Shown: positions 45,522 to 57,773, counted from the stretch's first letter. The stretch is DNA of 64,000 nucleotides from Thecamonas trahens ATCC 50062 (GCF_000142905.1 NW_013657653.1:62001-126000), one strand, 5' to 3'. The notes: generated by a model from the letters alone, not told the origin. Translations and numbers: made by a program.

Positions 45522-48500
45522 ATGGCCCTCAAGGGCTACCAAGTCGATTTCTCGACGTCTTTGTCCTCGTCAAGCTCTACACCACCACTACCCCCAACGA
45601 CATCTCCACCAAGTGGGTCTCATGCACATACCACGCCCGCGACCGCACCACCGCCTTTGCCGCCCACGACTGGCGACAGTTCGGAAGCGGGCGACTCGAC
45701 CGACAGTCCGACGTCTTCTGCTGACTCTGATGTCGTGTTCAAAGATCACAAGCCCCCACCGCCGCCATCACACCCACCGCCGCCATCGCACAAGAGCGCA
45801 ATCTCGCTCGACTATGAGTCCGAGTCCGAGTCTGAGTCACCACCGTCCTTTGGCATGGAACATGCAAAGGAGATGGGCCATGGCAAGCAGAACTCAGGAT
45901 CATACTCATCGTCATACTCGAGTGATGCGAGTCCAGCCGCGGGTGTGCCGAGCATCCCGCCGCCATCGCATGCACGCAACGACGTGGAGATGGATGTGAT
46001 GCCCAAGCATGCGCCTTCATCAAAGCCGGCAGAGACACAACCCAGATTGCGGGCGCATGGCGCGCGGACGTCCAACTCGTTCCGGGCGCTGGTGCGGAAG
46101 AATGCAAGCATGCAGCTCGCTCAGCGAAAGACTAACATCTGCCAGATCTGTACTCCGGTGGTCATGGTCTCACTCGTCGGCATCATGTCGCTGATCATCA
46201 ACGCGCTCATCAAAGCGCCGACAGTCGACCCGAACAACATCATCAACTTGCTACCGGAAGAGTATACCTTTCCGCCACGCGGCCCGACCGCAGTGGTCAA
46301 CCTCATTCCGACATCACCGTCGTCGACGGTGGTCGGCGAACGCTTTCGCGATGGCTCGGGCTATGGAATGCTCGCTTGGGCGCCGTTTTCCGACATCAAC
46401 AACGCGTCGGGACAAGTCGAGTACTCGGCGCCGAACACACGCGGGTTTGCATCGGCCGACGCCGCCGATCTCGCGCTCGCGACCCAGTTTGCCGATGAAG
46501 CGAACCGAGTTGAGGCCTTTGAGCGCGCCACCGGGTACAGCATCAAGGACGTGACCAAGACGTTGCATCAGGGCTGTCCCGACTATTCGGGAGAATCGTC
46601 GCCAGACACGTTTTTGGCGCAGTGTACGCCTGCACAGCGCGAGGTATTTCTCTTTCAGCTCGCGCAGGAGAAGCGGGTCATTCCGGCTGGACTGATCTTC
46701 GACAATGTCCTCAACGGAACCGACAACGCACTCGAGTACACTATCCAGGGCGGGAATTTGGTGGATCCGGACAACACCAACGCTTTTCGCATCAACGACG
46801 CAGTGCCGTCGTGGGAACGCGCCGGGCGCAAGTTTGCGTACTACGTGTACATGATCCATAACGCGTTCATCCGGTTCACTCTCTCGCCTGACGCGCGGCT
46901 GATTGCCACCTTCAAGCCACTCCCCGAGCGCGAGTACGACGACTCGGCTGACTTTGACGCTGTTGCGTTTCTCTCGTCGTTGCTCTTCCCGTTTGCCACC
47001 TCTTTTCTCCTGCCGGTCTTTGTCTACACGCCCCTCTATGAGAAGGAGTCACGGTTGCGGGGCTTGATGGCCATGATGGGCCTCTCGTCGCGAGTGTACT
47101 GGGCGGTCAACTACGTGTATGACTACATTCTGCACACACTCTCATGTGCGGCGTTTATTGGGATCGGGCTCGTGTGGCAAATTCCGTTCTTTCTCCGCAC
47201 GCCGCCCCTCATCTACATCGGGGTGCTCTTTCTCTGGGGCCACGCGCAGATTGGGCTTGCCTTTGTCATGGCGGTGGTCTTCCGCAAGTCGCGGCCAGCG
47301 GTTGTCATCTCGTATCTCGTCATTGTGCTATCTGTTGCGGTTGCCCAGAACATCAACAACTTGCTGTACGCACCGCCAAAGCGTGCGTCTGTCGTCATGC
47401 TCGGCGTCTGGCCACTCTTTGCATACTATCGCTGCCTCTTTCTCATCGCGCAGTCGATTTCGCGCGACGCGCCTATGACTTTGAGCGGCGTCTTGCGACA
47501 CTCGCTCAGCAAGTCAAGCACGTACGAGTATGAGGTCGGAACTGCGGCTGGCTGCCTGCTGTTCCAGGCGTTGGTGCTTCTTGGCATCGCCGCATACCTC
47601 GACAACGTGCTGCCGCAGCAGTTTGGTGCCCAAGTCACTGTGCTTTTGCTGCCGGCCGATGGTTGCGCGCTGCCGTCGTCAGCGGCACGACGCTGGCGAC
47701 GACGAAGAAGATGCGCGCGCTGGCCATGGCGCGCTCCTCGGTGACGATGATCTAGCCGACTTGCTCGAGCAGGAAGAGGGTGAGGACGATGATGTGCTTC
47801 GGGAGCGCGAGTACGTGCAGTCGTTGCTGAGCGCAACCGGGCCGGGCATCGACGATCACGCAGTAGTGGTCTCGAACATCCGCAAGCGGTACGCCAACGG
47901 CAAGGTGGCCAACAAGTCGCTCACCTTTGCCATCCGGCACGGCGAGACGTTTGGCTTGCTTGGAGCCAACGGCGCCGGAAAGTCGACGCTCATCTCAATC
48001 CTCACCGGGCTTTATCCGCCGTCGTCGGGCAAGGCCTGGATTGCGGGCCACGACATCACGACGTCGATGGACGCGGTTCACCACGCCATCGGCGTTTGTC
48101 CGCAGCACGACACGCTGTGGGACCAGCTGACGGTGAGGCAGCATCTATTGTTTTATGCCCGGGTCAAGGGCGTACCGGCCGCGGACGAGGCGGCGCATGT
48201 CGAGGAGAACATGGCACTACTGGGACTGGAGCCGTTTGCTAACCGCAAGGCGTCCCAGCTGTCGGGAGGCATGCAGCGGCGGCTATCAGTGGCGATTGCC
48301 GCGACTGGTGACTCGGTGGTAGTCTTTCTGGACGAACCGTCATCAGGCGTCGACCCTGCGACGCGGCAGGATCTGTGGGCCGCAATCACCAAGCTGCAGG
48401 ACCAGGGGCGCTGCATCGTGCTCACGACGCACGCCTTGGAGGAGGCTGACACGCTCTCGACCCGGATCGGAATCATGACCAAGGGTCGCATGCGGGTGGT

Positions 48501-48813
48501 CGGCACCAATGACCACCTCAAGGCCCGCTACGGCGGTGGAGTCAAGATCGAACTTGCTTGCGTCGATGAGGCAGTGACAGAGCCGGCCAAGGCGCTGGTA
48601 GCGGAGCTCCTCCCATCGGCGCAGCTCATCTCAGAGTTTGCTGGGCGCCTCGCCTTTGAGGTCGACAAGGCCTCTGTTCGTGTCTCGACCCTCTTTGCCG
48701 CCTTTGAGGCCCGCAAAGTCGATGCCGGCGTCCGTGACTGGGGCATCTCCACAACTTCACTCGACGATGTCTTTCTCCGCGTTGTCACCGAAGACGAAGC
48801 CGATGACTCGTAG
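45522..48813 (+). CDS. ABCA-family half transporter B (TMD-NBD), with a frameshift near 47625
   Basis: YEKESRLR.LM..MGL and YLDNVLP in ORF1; VPKSLCFC, GANGAGKST, LSGGMQRRLS, LDEPSSG and TSLDDVFL in ORF2. Confidence 0.92.
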
Positions 48814-49069
48814 TCCCCCCCCCCCACCCCACCACCTTAATCCGCTGGCACCCGCCCCAATTTCTTCCACTTCCACTGCCGCTGCAACCAACCTTCCATG
48901 CTTCCTTCCCACTTGCCGTCATTCCTTCCGACAACATTCCAACTTTCCACCACTACCAGCAATCGACACTTTACCCACGCACCCCCCCCCCCTCCCCCTC
49001 CCCTCCCCCTCTCCCCCTTCCGACCGGCTACCCCCTCTCCCCCGAAATTCAACCAGACACTACCTCATC

Positions 49070-51087
49070 ATGTCTAGCACACCAGGCAGACATGGCAACA
49101 ACCGGCGGCGGTATCGTCATACGAAAAAGCTGGTAGAGTGCCGCTTCGGAGCACGTTGCTCGCGCAGGCACATGGGTAGCCACAGTGCAAAGTTCTCCCA
49201 TCCGTGTCCAAAGGGCAATCGATGCCGCAAGTTCCAGATGGGCTCCAAGAGCCATTGCTCTGCCTACACACATCACGGCTCACAGGTTGCTGATCGCTCT
49301 CTCCATGATGATGATAATGATGATGATGATGATGATGAGCTTGTCTTGAACAAGATCGATGCGACAGAGATCGATGCTGGAGAGTCCGAATCATCGTCAA
49401 CCGTGCTCGGCTTGGACAAGAAACGGTCTTGGCAACCCTCCGCCGGTGTCGGTTTAGCAGGCGGTGCAAGAATCGTGGTGCTCGTCACTTTTCCAAGTTC
49501 TCCCATCCGTGCCAAAGAGGGATAGAGTGCACTGTCGATCATCCGGTCCATCGCCAGATGTACACCCACATGTCGCCGCCAGCAAAGAGCGGCTGTCGTG
49601 CGGACCTGTATGATGTTGCTCCAATCTTCTGTGTTTCATGTGAGCGCTACATGGATCGTAAGGCCTTCCTGCCCATCAAGATCACGGACAAAGTCGACCA
49701 GCCGCGGATATGCAAGCCGTGCCTCAAGAACGGGCCAAGTTGGCGGACCGGACCCGAGATCGCCGACGCTGTGGCCCGGCTGTGTGACAATCTCCTGCCG
49801 CGCGCGCTGAAGGACACCAATGTCGTTGTTGCCAACATTGCCGGTACCGGCATCGCGCAGCAGTCCTCATTCTACGGTGACACCGATCAGTACCCAGCCG
49901 GCAATGCGCTATCACGCAGCTCGGCTTATTCCTCAACAGCTGCAATGCCGAACTCATCGTGGTTGCTTGGCTTCTCCAGCCCGGTCTTCTTTCACCGCAT
50001 CACCCTCGTCAACCGCAGCCGGTGCAAAGACCGGCTCCGCGACATCACAGTCTCGATTAGTACTGCCGACGGCAAGCAGGTGTGGAAATCCGAGGTGCTC
50101 AACCCGGGCAACGAGCTTGGCTCGCCCGACCACATTGTCGTGCCGGTCACTAGCGCTTGCGCCATTGGAACAGTGCTTGTCGTCTCACGCGCGCCGGATC
50201 CGGACCTTATCGGCTGCGCCTCTGAAAACGGAAACGACGACGATCGGTTTGTGCTCTCGTTGCGCCAGGTCATTGTCAACGCCGTCGAGCCAGCACAACT
50301 GTTCGCCAAGGCGCGTGCCATCGCTCGCGATGAGGGGCTTGCTCGCAACGGCAGCTCGGTTGACCTGGGCCTGATCGAGAATCTCGCGAGCGGCTCGTCA
50401 CCGCTCGCTGCCCTGGCCAAGCTGGTCGAGCTCGCCCATTTGCCGCCAAGCCAGATGGAGCTGGCGTCGCCCGAGCTCCGCCGCGAGGCCGAGGCTGCGC
50501 TGGCCGGCGAAGACTCCTTTGCTAAGGTGTTGTCCCCGTTTAAGGCGCGGATGACTGCATTGGCGTCGGAGCTCAAGGAGCGAGAGACGAGACTCGCATG
50601 CCTCGATGCCGCCATCGAAGACCGTCTCGCGGATGTCTGGCTTGCCGACAGTGCTATCATTGACGTCTCCTTTGTCGACCGGTCGGGCGCGGTTGTTGCC
50701 ACCCTGGCAATCCCGGCTAGCGAGACATTTACCTCGCTCTACACGCTGTACTTTGGACATATGGCGCCCGAGACCCGCGGCTGGGCCGAGTATGCCGATG
50801 CTGGGCGGGGCGTCCAGCTCTCGTCGTATCCGATGCTCCTCGCAGTGCCTCCGCAGCCAAGCGGACGTTGCCTCCTCCACTCCGCGGCGACGGCGTCGGA
50901 GAAGGGCAAAGACGAGAGTGCTGCCAATGAGAGGGTACCCCTTCAGTGGGACTCGGCATTGGCGACACTCTTCCCGCACCATGTTGCGCGGCTCGGCATC
51001 GAGTTTGTGCACCTCGATGTGGACGATGAGAACGCGTTTTGCGTCGTGGCATGCCGGCGGGCAAGCCCGCTCCCGTCGTCTCTATGA
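49070..51087 (+). CDS. Protein with four PBZ-like CCHH fingers, a C4 finger and an F-type-lectin-like domain; frameshift near 49421
   Basis: CRFGARC..H..KFSH, CPKGNRC..H..YTH, CRFSRRC..HF.KFSH and CQRGIEC..H..YTH; CVSC..CKPC; NIA..G.A.QSS.Y...A..A..NRSRCKDRLRDI..LSLRQV. Confidence 0.7.
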
Positions 51088-51169
51088 TGGCCTCTGCTGG
51101 GGTGAAGATTGAATCGGTCACAGACTTGGCAGCACTCCTCAGCGAATCAGGTTACAGTGTGTATTGCGG

Positions 51170-54100
51170 TTAGGCACGGAGACGCTTGCCACCAACAGCA
51201 ACGGCAGTGGTCGCGGCAGAAGCCTTGGCGCGGGAAGACGTTGACGACGATGACGCGGCCTTGTCGAGCTCGCCAACCAGTTGGGTGGCAAACGAGCCGT
51301 TGGAGGCGCGGACAGTCCGGGTCACCGCCGACACGCCGTCGACAAACTTGGTGCGGAAGAGGACGTTGGCGTTCGAGTGGCAGCCCTGGCGGAGCGAGAC
51401 GAGGATGAACTGCGAGCCGCCGTGGGCCGAGCCTTCGCGGTGCGAAAAGTGCTTGGCGATGACGGTGCCAAGCGCGGCGGTGTGGTTGGCATCAAGGGCG
51501 GCGTCGACCTCGTCAAGAATCATGAACGGCGCCGGCTTGAACAGCATCTGAGCCAGGATGAGCGAGAGGGCAAGCAGCGAGCGCTGGCCGCCGGAGAGCT
51601 CCGAGAGCGATTCCTTCCACACCGTGCCAAAGGCAACGCGGACACAGAGGCCATCGAGCACTGTCTTGCCCTCGGGCGGCTCGAGCTTGGCGGTCGTGCC
51701 GGGGAGGAAGGTGGAGAAGATCGAGCCAAAGTCGGCGTTGACCTGGACCCAGGTCTTGTGAAGGGCCTCGTTCTTGCGCTCATCGAGCTCGGCGATGACC
51801 TTCTCGATCTTAGCCTTGTCGTTCTCAATGATGCGCTTCTTCCGCTTGAGGTCCTGGTACTCTTGCTCGGCCTGCTCAAACATGTTCATGACCTTCTTGT
51901 TGATCGACTTGTTGAGCACGTCCTGCTCGGAGCGCAGGGCCTTGACCCGCTTGGTCAGCTTGCGCGGGTTGTGGGCTTCAAAGTCAAAGTCGGAGCCCGG
52001 CTCGCCAAACAGGTGCGCCTCGGCGGCGAGCCACTCGTGCTTGCGCTCCATCCGACTCTTGGTCGCCAGCAGCTCCTTGGCCTTTTTGTCAAAGTTCTTG
52101 AGCCCGGTCTCGGCCTTGCGAATGGCAAGCTGGACCTTGTCCGACTTGGTCGCCGCCTTGGCCCGGGCCTTGGTCAGCGAGGCCAGCTTCTTGTCTGCCG
52201 CCGCCAGCCGCTGCGTCTGCTCATCGAGCTCGTCCTTGCGGTCACCGTACTTGGCCTTGGCCGTCTCGAGCGCTGCCGCCGATGCCGCTGCGGCCTCCTC
52301 AGCCGCCGCAATCTCGGACTCAAGCGTCGGAATCTGGGCCTCGAGCTCGGCGGCCTCGTTGACAAGCTCGAGCGCCTCGTGCTGGAGCGCCTCGCCGGCT
52401 TGGCTGACGGCGCGGAACTTCTTGGTCGCCTTTGCGGCTGCCTTCTTCGCCGCCTTGACCTCAGCCTCGATTGCTGCAAGCTTGGCCTCGCGGTTGTCGG
52501 CAAACTCCGCCATGGCGGCCTCAATCGATGCCACCTTGGCCTCGGACTCGGCAATGGTTGCCTCCGCCGCGGTGATGACACCCTGCGCCTCGGCAACCTG
52601 GGCCTCGAGCTCAGCAATGTCGTCAAAGAGCTGCTGCTGTGGCGAGCCAGCCGCGGCGGACTTGGCCAGCTTGAGCTCGTGCTCCTTGAGCGCGACAGCA
52701 TTGGCCAGCGCTGCGGCCTGCGCCTGACGCGACCGGGCTGCCGCGAGGTCGGCTGCCGCCTGGGCCAGCTCGTTCTCCTTGGCCGCCACATTTGCGCGTG
52801 CCGCTGAGAGCTCGGCCAGCGCGGCGAGAATCGACGACGACGCTCGGCGCGACGAGCCGCCGGTGAGCGTGCCGGCCGGGTCAAACACGTCACCCTCGAG
52901 GGTGACTGACTTGGTGCGGATGGCCTTGTCAAAAGTAACCTTCTTGGCCGCGACCATGTCCGAGACGACAAACGACTTGCCAAAGACGTACTTCATAGCC
53001 GCGTCAACCTCCGAATCGTAGCCGACCAGCGAGAGTGCAGGCGTGACGTTGTCGGCGCCGACCAGCGCCTCGGCCTTGGACACAACGTCGGCCGAGAGCG
53101 ACGAGCCGGAGATCTTGTTGAGCGGGATGATGGTGACCCGCCGCCTGAGCTTGCCCTTCTTGAGCAGTGCCGAGCCGGTGCGCTCGGTGTCGACGACGAC
53201 GTTGAACAGCTTGCCGCCGGCGGTAACCTCGAGTGCGGTCATGGCCTCGGGCGTGTTGACTGAAATGAGCTCGCCGACCAGGCCCTTGACCTTGGAGCGA
53301 TCAAAACCGCGCTCGGGGTCGGCGTACTCAAACGAGAACCGCGCGAGCTTGGACTCGAGGATCGAGAGTGCGTCGCGCATCGGCGCCAGCTCGCCCTCGA
53401 GCTCGTTCACTGTTGCCTCGGCCGACGACACCTCCTCCTCGGAGAACGCCAGGGCGTTCAGCTGTGCCTGCGCAACCTCAACGGCCTCGCGCCCCGCCTC
53501 GAGCTGGGTGTGCAGGTTGGCAAGCTCGGCCGACGACGACTCGAGCTGCGGCCGCTTGACCGCCAGCTGGGCCTGGAGCGCATCAATCTTGACCTTGGCC
53601 TGATCGATGGCTGACGCAGCCTTGCCGGCCGCAGCCTTGGCTGCACCAATCTGAGCGGTGAACGAGTTGGCGCCCACACCCTCGTCGCCCGACCCGCCCG
53701 AGAGCGCAGCACCGGCGCCCTGCAGCTGCGCCTCGAGGTTGGCCACCTTGGCGGCAGCCGCATCGCGCTCGGCCTGTGCGGCCTCGACAGCCTGCGCGTG
53801 GTTCTTGGCCTCCTCCTCCTTGGCCGCGTGTGCAGTCTTGGCCTCATCGATGGAAGCCTGAACTTTGGCCAACGCAGCCTTGGCCTCGGCCACAGCCTCA
53901 GCCTTGTGGTCACCATCGGTCGAGGCCTTGACCAGGGCCTTGGAAAGCTCGCGAACTGTTGCCTCCAGCTCCTTGTACTCGCCCTCCATCTCGGCCTGCC
54001 GCGCTGACCGCAGCTCCTTGATGAGCGCGTCGTACTCGGCCACGGCCTCGGCCGCAGACGTCGCCTCCGAGTTAAGCTCCTCGGCCGCCGCCATCATCTG

Positions 54101-55083
54101 CGCCTGCTTCTCCTCCGACGTGGCAATCGACTTGACCAGCTCTGAGTACTCGTAGGCAATGACAAACCGCTCGCACCGCTCGAGCTCGGTCTTGTTCTGC
54201 GACCACTGGATGTATGCTTTGCGTTCCTTGCGCAGCTTCTCCAGCGTCGGCGAAATGTCTTCGTCGATGATCTTCTGGATCTCGTCGACCTTGCGCGCCT
54301 TCTTGGAGATAGTGTCGAGCGCAGCAGACTTCTTGGCCTCAAACATCGACGTTCCGGCTGTCTCCTCGATCATCTTGAGGATCTGCTTGGGCTTGGCGTT
54401 GAGCACCTTGGTAATCATACCCTGCATGACCAGGAACGTCGGCGTCTGCATGTTGAGCCCCACAGAGTGGAACATGTTCTGCACCCGGCTGCTCTCCACT
54501 CCTCGTCCGTCGCATGAGTCGCGCACGCACTACAATCTGATGTGTCCTCTGTGCGCAAGAGTCAGCGGCCGCTCTGGGGAAGGAGTGCGGGCAGAAAGGG
54601 CGCCAAAAACCAAAATTTCAAACACAGGCAGGGAGAGGCACGGCTGAGAGCATAGGCAGGCAGGGGGGGGGGGGGGGGGAAAGTAGGGAGGGAAAGGGGG
54701 AAGAAAGCGTACGCGAGGTTGGCCTGCCGTCCATTGATGATGTACTTGGAGCGGCCGCCGAGGGCGAGCTGGCGGGTGACGGTGATCTGGTTGAACTGCT
54801 CGTAGCCGACGGGCGACTGCTCCGGGTCGGTGTTGTCGAAGACAATGGTGACCGAGGCCTTGGTGACACCGGCCTGGCCGGACTTGTAGATGAGCGCATT
54901 GAGATTCTCTGCACGGAGCGAGCCCGGCGATGAGGAGAGGACAAAGAGAATGGCGTCGAGGATGTTACTCTTGCCCGACCCGTTCTTGCCCGTAATGGCA
55001 TTGAATGACCGGTCGAAGCCAGAGATCACCGTCCGCGTCGCGTACGACTTGAACCCATCCAGAATGAGCTCAAGAATGTACAT
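51170..55083 (-). CDS. SMC2: Condensin subunit SMC2; exons 55083-54713 and 54488-51170
   Basis: [36 protein letters not shown], the hinge [23 protein letters not shown] and [10 protein letters not shown]. Confidence 0.98.
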
Positions 55084-55225
55084 TGTTTCTCCCTCTTCTG
55101 TTACTGCTCCTGCAAAGTTCTCCAGAGAGAAGGGTTGGCCTTGCTGTTCACCCGTCGCTGGTCGGCCTGTCGCAGCTTGGCGCCAAAAAAGCCATCGATC
55201 GCGCCGGGTGCTGTGCGAACGAGCC

Positions 55226-55316
55226 AACGAGAGTTTATCGACATCAATCAACTGAACGAGAGTTTATCGTAGCATCGATCAACTGAATGAGAGTTTATCG
55301 TAGCATCGCTCAACGG
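55226..55316. repeat. 29-31-bp tandem repeat x3 (AACGAGAGTTTATCGTAGCATCGATCAACTG) in the SMC2/REEP divergent spacer
   Basis: Seen directly; AT-richer than its flanks. Confidence 0.9.
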
Positions 55317-55445
55317 AACAACAGCACTCGATTATTAATCTCCCAACGAACAACAAGCAACCGCTTTCAATGGCGACCTCGACCCGTCGCAGACGCCACA
55401 CTTGTCGTGCACTGTGCACACCCGTACACCTCCGATCGCACCGCG

Positions 55446-56554
55446 ATGATCGGGTATTACCTTGCCTACGTGCTCTCACTCGTCATTGGAATCATGTTCC
55501 CTGGTACGCAGTGAAGAAGGGCCGAGCGTTGAGCGGGGTAGGGAGTGAGTGGGGAGGGAGAGGAGGAGCGAGGCGCGTTTGTTCAAACTTTGCGAACGTT
55601 CCTTCCCTCGGCAGCCGGGGTGGGACATACGGGTGGATGAGGAGCTAGGATGAGAGAAGAGAATACTCACTCGCAGAGATGATACTTGTGTGTGCATACT
55701 ACGGCGGTATGCGGTGTGTGTGTGTGTGTGTGTGTGTGGTATGTGGCGGTGGGACGTGGGGACCCATGTTGTGAACGGCGCGTGCGACGGCTTGGACGAC
55801 TTGTTGGTGGCTGGCGAGGCCGACAGCTTATCACTCGTTCAAGGCGCTGGAGGCGCAGTCTCTTGACGGATGCGAGCAGTGGCTGACGTACTGGGTCTGC
55901 TTTGCGGCGTTCTCGCTCATGCCGTCGTTCCTCATCTCGTGGGTCCCGCTCTACTACGAGGGCGAGGTTCTCTTCCTCCTCTGGCTCCAGCTGCCGCAGA
56001 CACAGGGCGCTCACTGGCTCTTCCATCGGTACATCCGCCCGCACCTCAAGCACAACGAGGAGCACATCGACCGCCACCTCGCCGAGCTCTCGACCAAGGG
56101 CATCGAGAAGGTCCGCTCGCTCTCGGCGTCGTACATCCCCACCATGTCGAGCATCATCATCAACGGCGTCACCTACGCCCAAAAGGTGGCCACGTCGTCG
56201 CTGGCGGCTGACGCCCGCGCCCAGGCCGCCGCCGCTGCTGCAGCCGCCGCGCCCGCTGAGGATGCTCCCGCCGCCGATGAGGACGACGGCGACGACGCTG
56301 GTGTCGCGCTTCCGCCCCCGGCTTCTCCTACTCCCCTCACCCCGCCGCCGGCCTCAGCGTCCGTTGCTGCCGTGACGGATGAAAACGCCGCCACCGATGC
56401 GGCCGACGAGATCGTCATCAACGGCATGGTCTACACCCGCACGGCCTCGCTTCCGGCCAAGACCTCCGTCTCGCCCGAGGCCCGCCATGGTGCTGCCAAG
56501 CCGCGCACCATCTCCTCCATGTTCCGTCGCCACCCTACCCTGCCGCGGGCATGA
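55446..56554 (+). CDS. REEP/HVA22 (TB2/DP1) ER-shaping protein; exons 55446-55503 and 55827-56554
   Basis: The spliced product reads FPAYHSFKALE..QWLTYWV..WVPLYYE....FLLWL..PQTQGA..LF..YIRP. Confidence 0.92.
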
Positions 56555-56714
56555 CTCCACCGTGTGGAATCTTCGATTGGCATCTGCACCTTGCAGCTCG
56601 CGCAAGTCGACAGCGTCAAAACCAAAGGCATAAATCGGTATCCTCCTCGGTCCTCACCCCCCCCACCCCACACCTCTCGCCCCCCGCAACACAAGCTCGT
56701 CCACCTCATCTTCC

Positions 56715-57773
56715 ATGTCTGTCACCGAAATACGCTACATCGAGCCGTCTTCCTGGCCGCCAGGCGCGTCCGAGCCGTCGGCCGAGTCGAGTGAGCCGTC
56801 GGGCAAGTCCGAGCCGGCGCCATCGCCGGACGCTGCGATGAGGACAACGACCTCGATTATCCTCGGCTGCTTCAACACGCTCCGTCGGCATTACCGCTTC
56901 TGCAACAATCCGTGGGTCCTCCCTGAGCACCGTGATTGGGAGCATCGCTTCCCGCTCGTCGCCGACATTGTCCGCACCTCGGCCGCCGATGTGCTTGCTC
57001 TCGAAGAGGCCGAGCTCCCTACCTTTGACGCCGACTATGCTCCATTGCTCGAGGAGTGCGGCTACGCATGGGTGTGTGCCAAGGCCAAGACCAAGTCGGA
57101 CCGCGAGGCTCATGGTCATACCAAGCCGTGCCTCGCCTGGAACGTCGACCGCTTTGCTCTCCTCTGGTCCATCCGCCGGACACGGACTGTCGCCGTCGCG
57201 CTCCGCGAGCTGGTCCCCAGCGACTCGCCCGCCGAGCCGCGACTGCTTGTCGCCGTTGCCGTTCATCTGCAGGGCGGCTCCGGTGAGGACGCGCAGCGTA
57301 CGTTCCAGATGCGATCGGTGCTGACCAAGGTCCGGACTCGGCTAGAGAGCGACGGCCTGGCCGATCGCGCGTCGGTGGCTGTCATGGGCGACTTCAATGC
57401 TTCTGCAGACGAACAAGTCTACGAGTACATGCTGGGCGACAGCCATGGCCTTTCCATCGCCTGCGATCTTACTGCTGCTGCCGCAGCCAGCATCCCTGCA
57501 CTGGGCGGGGAGCGGCCGGCGACCTTCAAGTGGGGCACCCACATTGGTACTGGCAACACGCCCGGAGACCTTCAGAGCATCGACAACGTGCTCACATCCC
57601 CCGATCTCACCCCAACTGCCCTCCGCATGGCACTCCCATCCGACACTTTGGCTCAAGTCGTTACAGGGCCGGTCGGTCTGCCCAACGCACACCATCCCTC
57701 AGATCATCTCCCGCTCTTTGCCAGCTACGACTGGACGTGGAGAGCGCCGTCGGCTCTCGACCCTCACGCGTGA
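56715..57773 (+). CDS. EEP-superfamily nuclease/phosphatase (CCR4/nocturnin/angel-like)
   Basis: FNTL, ADVLALEE, VHL, MGDFNA, IDNVL and PSDHLPL catalytic motifs. Confidence 0.88.
   Translation: MSVTEIRYIEPSSWPPGASEPSAESSEPSGKSEPAPSPDAAMRTTTSIILGCFNTLRRHYRFCNNPWVLPEHRDWEHRFPLVADIVRTSAADVLALEEAELPTFDADYAPLLEECGYAWVCAKAKTKSDREAHGHTKPCLAWNVDRFALLWSIRRTRTVAVALRELVPSDSPAEPRLLVAVAVHLQGGSGEDAQRTFQMRSVLTKVRTRLESDGLADRASVAVMGDFNASADEQVYEYMLGDSHGLSIACDLTAAAAASIPALGGERPATFKWGTHIGTGNTPGDLQSIDNVLTSPDLTPTALRMALPSDTLAQVVTGPVGLPNAHHPSDHLPLFASYDWTWRAPSALDPHA

Noticed and set aside
55226-55316. CRISPR-like roughly 30-bp repeats
   Set aside because: No spacers, no cas genes and a eukaryotic context.
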